A DNA stretch of 64,000 bases from a bacterium (GTDB lineage Bacteria > UBA8248): NCBI GenBank assembly GCA_965199855.1, contig OZ241326.1, positions 992,001 to 1,056,000 of the forward strand, read 5' to 3'. The notes under the pieces were generated by a model. It was not told where the DNA came from and searched no databases. It saw nothing but the letters and a program-made list of their open reading frames with translations. Position numbers and translations under genes: made by a program. This document shows positions 55,904-64,000 of this stretch, piece by piece (the stretch's first letter is position 1; each line of letters starts with the position of its first letter).

Positions 55904-56887
55904 CTACAGGTTCAGCAGGGCCCGGACGTTTCCGTGCGAGACGTTCTCGTATTCCTCCCGGCTCAGCCCCGATTGTTCGAGCGTCTCGACCGCTTGGACG
56001 TCCGTCATGTCGTAGGGCAGGTCCGTCCCCAGTAGCACCCTGTCTCCGCCCATCACGTCCACCAGGAACCGCACGACGGGCGGGTGGAACACCAGCATGT
56101 CCAGATAGAAGTTCTCTCTCAGGTAATCGAGCGGCGGGCGCGGGACGCTCCCGCACTCGGGCCGCACCTTCCAGCCGTGCGCGAAGCGGCCGATGAGGTA
56201 GGGGACGACTCCCCCGCCGTGCAGGAAGATGAAGCGCAGGTTCGGCAGCCGCTCGAACAGGCCGGAGAAGATCAGGCGGCCGATGCAGTTCGCGCTCTCC
56301 GTGGGGAATCCGACAAGGTTGAACAGGTGGTAGTCCCTCATCCGCTCCATGCCCGCCGGGTTCGCCGGATGGACGATGAGGGGAACGTCCAGGGCGGCGG
56401 CCGCCTCGTAGAGGGAATAGAAGCTCTCATGGTCGAGATAGCGGCCGTTCACGTTCGTGCCGAGGAAGCCGCCCTTGAGCCCCAGCTGCCCCACGGCGCG
56501 CTCGAGCTCTCTCACCGAACGGGAGATGCTCTGCGCGGGCAGGGCGGCTAGGGCGTGAAATTTGTCGGGATGCTCTTCGATGATGCGGGCGTAAGCGTCG
56601 TTCGCCGCCTGCGAGAGCTCCTCGCCCAGACCCTCGTCCGCCCAATACACGCCCGGGTTCGAGGAGAAGGAGAGGACGTTCATGTCCAGCCTCATCTCCT
56701 CCATCGTCCGGAGCCTGCGCTCGACGTTGACGAAAGGCTCGATGGGCGGGTGCATCGCGCCCTTGATGTCCACGCGGCGCGCCCCCTCCTCGTCCGTGAA
56801 CAGCCGGACGCCGTAGCGCGGGCCCTCCTTCCCCAGCAGGTCGAAGTATTCTTCCGGGTAAATGTGGCAATGGGCGTCAATGTGCAT
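55904..56887 (-). CDS. Amidohydrolase_2 family protein (ACMSD-like decarboxylase/hydratase)
   Basis: IDAHCH, VHP, HGGG..PY..GR, GTDLPYD. Confidence 0.9.
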   Translation of the reverse strand: MHIDAHCHIYPEEYFDLLGKEGPRYGVRLFTDEEGARRVDIKGAMHPPIEPFVNVERRLRTMEEMRLDMNVLSFSSNPGVYWADEGLGEELSQAANDAYARIIEEHPDKFHALAALPAQSISRSVRELERAVGQLGLKGGFLGTNVNGRYLDHESFYSLYEAAAALDVPLIVHPANPAGMERMRDYHLFNLVGFPTESANCIGRLIFSGLFERLPNLRFIFLHGGGVVPYLIGRFAHGWKVRPECGSVPRPPLDYLRENFYLDMLVFHPPVVRFLVDVMGGDRVLLGTDLPYDMTDVQAVETLEQSGLSREEYENVSHGNVRALLNL

Positions 56888-57064
56888 TCCGGGCGCTCTC
56901 CATGGTGCGGCGGGTCGAGCCGGATGGTTAGCATCCGCCGCCGGGCGGTGTCAACGAAGGGCGGCGCGCCCGCGCTCCTCCTCGCGCGTGAAAGGCGCGC
57001 GGCGCGGCCCGGTTTTCGGACGCCGGGAGAAGTTCGAGAGGCTCGGCCGCAAGACGAAGAAGAA

Positions 57065-57817
57065 TCAGGGCTTGGCGGCGCGGATGGTCGCGCTTTTCAG
57101 CTCCGGCGCGACGTAGGGCTTTCGGTCGAGAATTTTCACGTCGATGAAGCCTGCCTCGCGCAGGCCGGCGACATACTCCTCCTCCCGGATGGCGCCCGCG
57201 ACGCACGCGCACCAGTCCCCGACGGAGACGGCCTCCGCGCTCTCGCCCGTCCTGATGACGTCCGAGACCACGAAGCGCCCGCCCGGGCGCAGCGCGCGGA
57301 ACGATTCCCGAAAGACGGCCGGCTTGTCCGGCGAGAGGTTCACCACGCAGTTGCTGATGATGACATCGACGGCGCCGCTTTCAACCGGCATGTTCTCCAT
57401 CTCGCCCTTCCGGAACGCCGCGTTCGGGACGCCGAGGCTTCGCCGGTTCTTCTCCGCCTTCTCCAGCATGGCGTCCGTCATGTCCAGGCCGATGACGCTC
57501 CCCTCCGGCCCCACCGCCTTCGCGGCGAGAAAGCAGTCCAGCCCCGCGCCGCAACCCAGGTCGAGCACCGTCTCGCCCGCCCGCGGCCGCGCCGCCTCGA
57601 TGGGATTTCCGCATCCCGCGTTGGCGCTCAGGACGTCTTCGGGAACCTCCCGGACGGCCTCCTCCCCATAGCCGATGGAGCAGGCGTTCGCGGCGCCCGC
57701 GACCATTCCGGAATGCGGCTCTCCGCAACAGGAAACTTCCCCTGCGGCGATCCTGGCGTAGAGGTCGCGGACGGCGCTTTTTATCCGCTCGGCGTCGTCC
57801 CGGGGCCGCGTGGACAT
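57065..57817 (-). CDS. arsM: Arsenite S-adenosylmethionine methyltransferase-like
   Basis: N-terminal CC, GCGNP, LDLGCGAGLD, ISNCVVNL, WCACVAGA. Confidence 0.85.
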   Translation of the reverse strand: MSTRPRDDAERIKSAVRDLYARIAAGEVSCCGEPHSGMVAGAANACSIGYGEEAVREVPEDVLSANAGCGNPIEAARPRAGETVLDLGCGAGLDCFLAAKAVGPEGSVIGLDMTDAMLEKAEKNRRSLGVPNAAFRKGEMENMPVESGAVDVIISNCVVNLSPDKPAVFRESFRALRPGGRFVVSDVIRTGESAEAVSVGDWCACVAGAIREEEYVAGLREAGFIDVKILDRKPYVAPELKSATIRAAKP

Positions 57818-58069
57818 GGATGCGCTCTCCCTGCGGGCGGCGTTTCCGGCGCTTTGGAAAAGACGTCCCAAGCGCGGGCAGGATAGCAGGCGTTGGGGAG
57901 AGAGGAAAGGAGCGCCCGCGCGGGGAGGAGGCGCGACGCGAAAGAGAGATTACAGAAGAAGCCGGGCGTTGTATAAAGGAGCGCGACCCATGCTTGGACG
58001 CGCGCGGGAGGCCGCTTCCGCGCGGGCCTTTTTCCGGATTGGCGCCGCTTCCTTTTCCCGTGGCGGGAC

Positions 58070-60808
58070 ATGGCCGAGACACAGAAGGAAATCTATCTGA
58101 TCGACGGCTCGGGCTACATGTTCCGCGCCTACTACGCCATGATGCGCCAGCGCCTCTCGAACTCGAAGGGGACGCCCACGGGCGCGACCCTGGCGTTCGC
58201 GCGAATGCTTTTGAAGGTGATACGCGAGCGCGCTCCCGAATACGTCGCCGTCGCCTTCGATCGCCCCGAACCCACCTTTCGCCACGAGCTCTACCCCGAC
58301 TACAAGGCGAACAGGGACGCCGCGCCCGAGGATCTGGTCGAGCAGATTCCCTACATGCGCCGCGTCGTCGAGGCGCTGCGGATTCCGCTTCTCGCCCGCG
58401 CGGGCGCCGAGGCCGACGACATCATCGGCACGCTCGCCGCGCGCGCGGAGGAGGAGGGCTTTCGGGTCGTCCTGGTCACGGCCGACAAGGACTTCGCCCA
58501 GCTGGTATCCGAAAGCGCGCGCATCTGGGATCCGATGAAGGACGAGGAGATGGGCCCCGCCGAGGTCGAGGCGAAATGGGGCGTGCCGCCGGATAAATTC
58601 GTAGACGTTCAGGCGCTCATGGGAGATTCCACGGACAACGTGCCGGGCGTGCCGGGAATCGGGGAGAAGACCGCCGTCGCGCTGATTCAGCAGTTTGGCG
58701 GCCTCGAGGAGGTTCTTGGCTCGCCGGAGCAAATCCAGCGGCCCAAGCAGCGCGAGAGCATCGAGGAAAACGCGGAGCTGGCGAGGCTCTCCCGCGAGCT
58801 TTGCGCCATCAGGCGCGATCTGCCCCTTGAAGGCGATCTGGAGTCCTGCCGCCTGGGCGCCGCCGACTTCGAGGCGGCCCGCAAACTCTTCCTCGATGAG
58901 CTGGAGTTCAGGAACATCCTCAAGGATCTTCCGGGATACGACGCGGCCATGCACGCGCGGGACGCGCCCGCCTCCGCCGCGGATGAGCGCGACTATAGAA
59001 TCGTCCGCTCCATGAAGGAGCTCAAGGCGGTGCGCCGGGAGCTCGAGAAGGCGGGGCGCTTCGCCTTCGACCTCGAGACCACCTCGCTCGACCCCATGCG
59101 GGCGCGCATCGTGGGGATGAGCTTCTCCGCGCGCGCGGGGCGGGCGTTCTACGTTCCCGTGGGACACGAAACGGTGGATTCCGGCCCCCAGCTCGCGCCC
59201 GAAGACGCCCTGGGGGAGGTCTCCGACCTGCTGGAATCGCCCGAAATCGAAAAAATCGGACAGAACGTCAAATACGACATCGCGGTGCTCCAGGGGGCCG
59301 GCCGCGCCGTTCGCGGGCCCCTGTTCGACACCATGCTCGCCTCCTATCTTCTGCGCTCCGGCCGCGCGAGCGAGGGGCTGGATCATACGAGTCATGGAAT
59401 CGATCACCTCGCGCGCGAGTTCTTCGGAATCGCGACCATCAAATACGCCGACCTCTGCGGCCGGGGCGCGAAGGAGATACCCTTCTCGCAGGTGCCCGTC
59501 GAGGCGGCGGCGCCCTACGCCTGCCAGGACGCGGACCTCGCCTGGCGCCTCGCTGAGGCGATGGCGCCGCAGCTGCGCGGCGCCGGGCTGATGAGCCTGT
59601 TCGAGGAGCTGGAAATCCCCCTCCTGCGCGTTCTGCTCGACATGGAGCGCGCGGGCGTGCGGCTGGATCAGCGCTTCCTCCAGGACATGGGCAAGGAGCT
59701 CGAGGCGCGCCTGGACGAGATGCGCGCCCGCATTCACGAGCTGGCGGGGGAGGAGTTCAACGTCAACTCCACCCAGCAGCTGCGCGTCATCCTGTTCGAG
59801 AAGCTGGGGCTTCCGGTCGTCAAGAAAACGAAAACAGGCGCCTCCACCGACATCGACGCGCTGGAGAGGCTCGCTCCCCAGCACCCTCTGCCCCAGGAGA
59901 TTCTGAATTTCCGGCAACTCTCGAAACTCAAGAACACCTACGTCGATACCCTGCCCGAGCTGGTGAACCCGGCCACGGGCCGCATCCACGCCCGCTTCAA
60001 CCAGACCGTCGCCGCCACGGGCCGGCTGAGCAGCTCCGACCCCAACCTCCAGAACATCCCCATCCGCACGGAGCTCGGCCGCCAGATACGCCGCGCCTTC
60101 CTGCCCGAGGAGGGTTGGCGGCTCCTCTCGGCGGACTACAGCCAGATCGAACTGCGGGTTCTCGCGCATTTCACGAACGACCCGGCGCTGGTGGACGCCT
60201 TCGCCAGGGGGGAGGACGTTCACGCGACGACCGCCTCGGCCGTCTATGGCGTGGCGCTCGATGCTGTGAGCGCCGAGATGCGCCGCGTCGCCAAGGCGGT
60301 GAACTTCGGCATCATCTACGGGCAGGGGGCCTTCGGCCTCTCCCAGGCCATCGGCATTCCCCAGTCGGAGGCGCGCTCGTTCATCGAGACCTACTTCGAG
60401 CGCTTCGCCGCCGTGCCCGCCTTCGTGGAGGCGACCATCGAGGAGGGGCGCGCGCGCGGCTGGGTCTCCACCATCATGGGGCGGCGCAGATACCTGCCCG
60501 ATCTCAACAGCCGAAGCCGCAACGCGAGAAGCGCCGCCGAGCGGCGAGCCGTGAACTCCGTCATCCAGGGCAGCGCGGCCGACATCATCAAACTGGCGAT
60601 GATCGCCATCGCCGAACGCCTGAAGAAAGAGGAGCGGGAGGCGCGGATGCTCGTGCAGGTGCACGACGAGCTCCTCTTCGAGGCGCCGCCCCGTGAAGTC
60701 GAAGTCCTCTCCGCCCTGGTCGGGGAGGAGATGCGGGGCGCGATGCGCCTGCGCGTTCCGCTCGAGGTGGACGTGAGCGCGGGCGAGAACTGGGGCGCGC
60801 TGAAGTAG
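58070..60808 (+). CDS. polA: DNA polymerase I
   Basis: 5'-3' exo (LIDGSG, YKANR, EADD), 3'-5' exo (FDLET), polymerase (ADYSQIELR, AKAVNFGIIYG, QVHDEL). Confidence 0.98.
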   Translation: MAETQKEIYLIDGSGYMFRAYYAMMRQRLSNSKGTPTGATLAFARMLLKVIRERAPEYVAVAFDRPEPTFRHELYPDYKANRDAAPEDLVEQIPYMRRVVEALRIPLLARAGAEADDIIGTLAARAEEEGFRVVLVTADKDFAQLVSESARIWDPMKDEEMGPAEVEAKWGVPPDKFVDVQALMGDSTDNVPGVPGIGEKTAVALIQQFGGLEEVLGSPEQIQRPKQRESIEENAELARLSRELCAIRRDLPLEGDLESCRLGAADFEAARKLFLDELEFRNILKDLPGYDAAMHARDAPASAADERDYRIVRSMKELKAVRRELEKAGRFAFDLETTSLDPMRARIVGMSFSARAGRAFYVPVGHETVDSGPQLAPEDALGEVSDLLESPEIEKIGQNVKYDIAVLQGAGRAVRGPLFDTMLASYLLRSGRASEGLDHTSHGIDHLAREFFGIATIKYADLCGRGAKEIPFSQVPVEAAAPYACQDADLAWRLAEAMAPQLRGAGLMSLFEELEIPLLRVLLDMERAGVRLDQRFLQDMGKELEARLDEMRARIHELAGEEFNVNSTQQLRVILFEKLGLPVVKKTKTGASTDIDALERLAPQHPLPQEILNFRQLSKLKNTYVDTLPELVNPATGRIHARFNQTVAATGRLSSSDPNLQNIPIRTELGRQIRRAFLPEEGWRLLSADYSQIELRVLAHFTNDPALVDAFARGEDVHATTASAVYGVALDAVSAEMRRVAKAVNFGIIYGQGAFGLSQAIGIPQSEARSFIETYFERFAAVPAFVEATIEEGRARGWVSTIMGRRRYLPDLNSRSRNARSAAERRAVNSVIQGSAADIIKLAMIAIAERLKKEEREARMLVQVHDELLFEAPPREVEVLSALVGEEMRGAMRLRVPLEVDVSAGENWGALK

Positions 60809-60984
60809 CCGAAGGAGCGGCGCGCGAATCGGGAGCGTCATGGATTTTCCCGCGCGCGCCGCCGCGCCGGAGCTTGCGGACAAAGCGCCGCCTTGCGCGT
60901 CCGCGCGACGCCCCCTAGAATCGGATGCGCCGTCCGCCTCCGAAGCCATGGCGCTCGCGCTTTTCGGGAGACCCCCGCTTCCTC

Positions 60985-61650
60985 ATGTCCAGCCTCTACG
61001 CCATCGGCGACATTCACGGCCAGCTGCGCATGCTGGAGGCGCTGGTGGAGCGCGTCCCCTTCCGGGAAGAGGATGAAATCGTCTTTCTCGGAGACTTCAT
61101 CGACCGGGGGCGCGACTCCAGGGGCGTGGTCGAGTTCCTGATGGCGTTCAAGCGCGAATATCCCAAGGCGGTGTGCCTGCGCGGCAACCACGAGGACATG
61201 TTGCTGGATTACTTGGCGGGCGGAGGGCGCTATTCTCCGAACATCTATCTGATGAACGGCGGCCTGGAAACCCTCAGAGGCTACGGCGCGTCCCCGCGGG
61301 AGGAATTCCGGCTCCCGCCCGCGCACCGGGAGTTCTTCGACGCGCTTCAGTGGACGCACGAGGCGCGGGGCTTCATATTCGTCCACGCGGGCTTGAGGCC
61401 GGGCGTTCCCCTCGACCGGCAGGATCCGATGGATCTGGTCTGGATACGCGAGGAGTTCATCGGGGCGAGGCACGATTTCGGCCGGCCCGTCGTCTTCGGC
61501 CACACGCCGGGGTGGGAGATAAAAAACGAGCTCCCGCTCTTTCTGGGCATCGACACGCGCGCCGTGACCGGCGGATGCCTCACCTGCGTCCGCCTCGCCG
61601 ACGATGAGCTCGTGGACTGCCATCAGGTCCTCGCGCGGGAAGTCGAATGA
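60985..61650 (+). CDS. Metallophosphoesterase (Ser/Thr phosphatase-like)
   Basis: GDIHG, GDFIDRG, RGNHE, VHAG, GHT. Confidence 0.92.
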   Translation: MSSLYAIGDIHGQLRMLEALVERVPFREEDEIVFLGDFIDRGRDSRGVVEFLMAFKREYPKAVCLRGNHEDMLLDYLAGGGRYSPNIYLMNGGLETLRGYGASPREEFRLPPAHREFFDALQWTHEARGFIFVHAGLRPGVPLDRQDPMDLVWIREEFIGARHDFGRPVVFGHTPGWEIKNELPLFLGIDTRAVTGGCLTCVRLADDELVDCHQVLAREVE

Positions 61651-61662
61651 GTTGAACCATCC

Positions 61663-63942
61663 GTGAGGCGCGAACCCGGCGGAATCCCCGACGAGAAGAC
61701 GATTCTCGGCCTGCTCGCCAAAGAGGGCAGGCCCATGGCCGCGCGCGAGCTCATCCGCGCCCTCGCCGTCCCCGCGGCTGCGCGCCCTCTTCTCAGAAAG
61801 CGCCTGCGCGCCATGGCGGAGGCTGGCGCTCTTCTGCGGGTTCGCGCCCGCTACGCGGCGCCTGGGTCGCTCTCCGTCTTTCGGGGCGTCTTTCGCGGAC
61901 ACCGGCGGGGCTACGGGTTCGTCGCGCCGGAGGCGGCGGACGGGCGGGAACGTCCCCCCGACGTCATGGTCAGAAAAACCCGGACGCGCGGCGCGATGGA
62001 AGGGGACGTGGTCTCCGCCAGGGTGGAGAGGACGCACCCCGACGGCAGGCGCGAGGGCGGCGTCCTGGAGGTGCTCGAGCGCGCGCATGAGACCTTGGTG
62101 GGCAGGCTTTGCGCGGAGGGCGCGCGCGCCTGGGTGGAGCCCCGGGATGATCGCATCCCCCATCTTGTGCTGCTCGACGCCGGGGCGCGCGGGGGCGCCA
62201 AGCGGGGCGAATGGGTGGAGGTCGCCATAAGCCGGCATCCAACAGAAAGAACGCCGGCCAGGGGGCGCGTTCTCCGATCCTTCGGCTATCCCGACGACCC
62301 GGCCGCCGAGCAGAGGGCGGCGCTCGCCCGACGCGGGATGCGCGAGGAATTTCCCCGGGAGGCGCTGGAGGAGGCGATGCGGGAGCGCCCGCCGGGGGAG
62401 GACGAGCCCTTCCCGGAGGGGGTGGAGGATTTTCAGGAGCTTCGCGTCTTCGCCATCGACCCCTTCGACGCGCGCGACCGGGACGACGCGGTCTCCATCG
62501 AGAAGCTGGAGCGGGGCGGCCGCCGCCTCGGGGCGCACGTCGCCGACGTGAGCCATTACGTCCGAGAGGGCGGCGCGATGGACCGGGAGGCGCGCGCCCG
62601 GGGCGCGAGCGTCTATTTTCCGGATCGCGCCGTTCCCATGCTGCCGCCCCGCCTCACGGGCGAGGTCTGCTCCCTGGGCGAGGGGGCGGTTCGCCGGACC
62701 CTGAGCGTTCTGCTCGATTTCGACCGGCAGGGGAACCAGACGGGGATGCGCCTCGTCCAGGCGCGGATTCGCTCGCGCGCCTCCCTCACCTATCGGGGAA
62801 CGGCCGCCGTCCTGGAGGGCGCGGAGATTCCCCAAGAGAGCGAGGCGGAGAAGGCCCGCGCCCTCGCCGTCCCGCTCGGGGAGCTGTCAGCCCTCGCGGA
62901 GCGGCTCCGCGCGCGGCGCATGGCCGGGGGCAGCCTCGACTTCGACCTGCCCGAGGCGCGCTTCGCGCTCGACGCGGAGGGAATGCCCCTGGGCGTCGGG
63001 CGCGAGCCTCGAACCTCCGCCCATCGCCTGATCGAGGAGTGCATGCTGGCGGCGAACCGGGCGGTGGCCGAGCGTCTCGCCGAGGCGGGCGGCGCGTCCG
63101 TCTTTCGCGCGCACGCTCCGCCGGACGAGGAGGATCTGGAGGGCGTTCGCGGGATTCTCTCCGCGCTGGGCATCAAGGCGCCTCCGCTCGCCGCCCTGAA
63201 GCGGCCGGGAGGGCTGCAGGAGGTTTTTGACGCCGCACGCGGCACGGACGCGGAGCGCTGCGTGAATTTCGCCGCGCTCAGAAGCATGAAGCTCGCGCGC
63301 TACGAAGCCGCCCCCGCCCCGCACTTCGGTCTCGGCTTCGCGCGCTACGCGCATTTCACCTCGCCGATTCGCCGCTATGCGGACATCTGCGTTCACAGAA
63401 GGCTCAAAAGGCTCATGCGGGGCGACGCGCGAAAGCCGCCGACCGGGCGAATCGCCGCCCTCTGCCGCGAGATTTCGGAGAAGGACCGCGCGGCGGAGGC
63501 CGCCTCGCGCGAGGTGGCGGATTTTATGAAGGCGCTTTTCATGCGGGAGAAGGTCGGCGAGCGCCATCGGGGGCGCGTCTCGGGCGTCGCGCGCTTCGGG
63601 GTTTTCGTGGAGCTCGACGAGATTTTCGTGGAGGGCATGGTTCCGCTCGAATCCATGAAGGAGGATTACTATCGCTTCCTTCCCGAGGAATACGCCCTGC
63701 TGGGCGAGAGGACGGGCCGGCGGCTTCGTCCGGGCGACACCGTCACGGTTCGGGTGGAAGGCGTCGATCTGGCCGCGCGGCGCGTGACGCTTCAGCTGCT
63801 GGCCGGCGGCTCGAGGGAGGCGCGCCGCGGCCCGCCCCCCTCCCGACGCGCGACGCGGCGAAGTCCCGGGGAAAGAAAGCGCCCGCTCCTCCGTCGCCCG
63901 AAGGGAGGAAAGCCGGGAGGCGGCGGAAAGAGGCGTCGATGA
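61663..63942 (+). CDS. rnr: Ribonuclease R
   Basis: wHTH/CSD N-terminus, IDPFDARDRDDA, AHRLIEECML, HFTSPIRRY, S1 domain, basic tail. Confidence 0.95.
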   Translation: MRREPGGIPDEKTILGLLAKEGRPMAARELIRALAVPAAARPLLRKRLRAMAEAGALLRVRARYAAPGSLSVFRGVFRGHRRGYGFVAPEAADGRERPPDVMVRKTRTRGAMEGDVVSARVERTHPDGRREGGVLEVLERAHETLVGRLCAEGARAWVEPRDDRIPHLVLLDAGARGGAKRGEWVEVAISRHPTERTPARGRVLRSFGYPDDPAAEQRAALARRGMREEFPREALEEAMRERPPGEDEPFPEGVEDFQELRVFAIDPFDARDRDDAVSIEKLERGGRRLGAHVADVSHYVREGGAMDREARARGASVYFPDRAVPMLPPRLTGEVCSLGEGAVRRTLSVLLDFDRQGNQTGMRLVQARIRSRASLTYRGTAAVLEGAEIPQESEAEKARALAVPLGELSALAERLRARRMAGGSLDFDLPEARFALDAEGMPLGVGREPRTSAHRLIEECMLAANRAVAERLAEAGGASVFRAHAPPDEEDLEGVRGILSALGIKAPPLAALKRPGGLQEVFDAARGTDAERCVNFAALRSMKLARYEAAPAPHFGLGFARYAHFTSPIRRYADICVHRRLKRLMRGDARKPPTGRIAALCREISEKDRAAEAASREVADFMKALFMREKVGERHRGRVSGVARFGVFVELDEIFVEGMVPLESMKEDYYRFLPEEYALLGERTGRRLRPGDTVTVRVEGVDLAARRVTLQLLAGGSREARRGPPPSRRATRRSPGERKRPLLRRPKGGKPGGGGKRRR

Positions 63943-64000
63943 CCCCGATGGCCGCTTCCTCCCCGGAGAAGAAAGGAGCGCCCGACGCGAGGGACGAATT
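63939..64000 (+). CDS. Possible start of a downstream gene (truncated by the window edge)
   Basis: ATG overlaps the rnr stop (ATGA); frame open to the edge. Confidence 0.3.
   Translation, partial: MTPMAASSPEKKGAPDARDE

Noticed and set aside
57065-57817. Possible selenoprotein recoding (selA is present, and ArsM and other Cys enzymes can carry Sec)
   Set aside because: No in-frame TGA at Cys positions in arsM or other genes that I could see; no selB, selC or selD in the window.
50613-63942. yebC-ruvCAB, kdsD, polA, metallophosphoesterase, rnr region
   Set aside because: Ordinary conserved housekeeping arrangement; nothing unexplained seen.

Overview
A high-GC bacterial chromosomal window with no rRNA, tRNA, CRISPR array or transposase that I can support. 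Core genes are selA (partial), ppk2, ychF, nfuA-like, yebC-ruvC-ruvA-ruvB, kdsD, polA and rnr. Between them lie several metabolic clusters and accessory inserts. (1) A seven-gene minus-strand operon at 19034-25728: TIM-barrel isomerase, AmgK-like kinase, two GNATs, MshA-like glycosyltransferase, PIG-L deacetylase and NagZ. It resembles a mycothiol-like pathway without MshC. (2) An operon at 39491-45098 with a split B12-dependent acyl-CoA mutase carrying altered active-site residues, a class III CoA-transferase, a HAD, a crotonase remnant and a 3-sulfinopropionyl-CoA desulfinase-like acyl-CoA dehydrogenase. (3) A FadR-regulated M24/DRE-TIM unit with a clear promoter and operator, followed by a ~3 kb foreign island and then an ADH plus two bicupin paralogs. 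(4) Accessory elements: tandem S8 lipoprotein proteases, a Fic gene bracketed by AT-rich repeats, a DinJ/YafQ pair, a 14-repeat TPR protein, an orphan HTH-containing methyltransferase, a type II R-M pair and a DUF429-like nuclease. The TPR, S8, R-M and TA enrichment would fit a host-associated symbiont, but that is inference only. All calls come from motif recognition by eye; no database searches were run.
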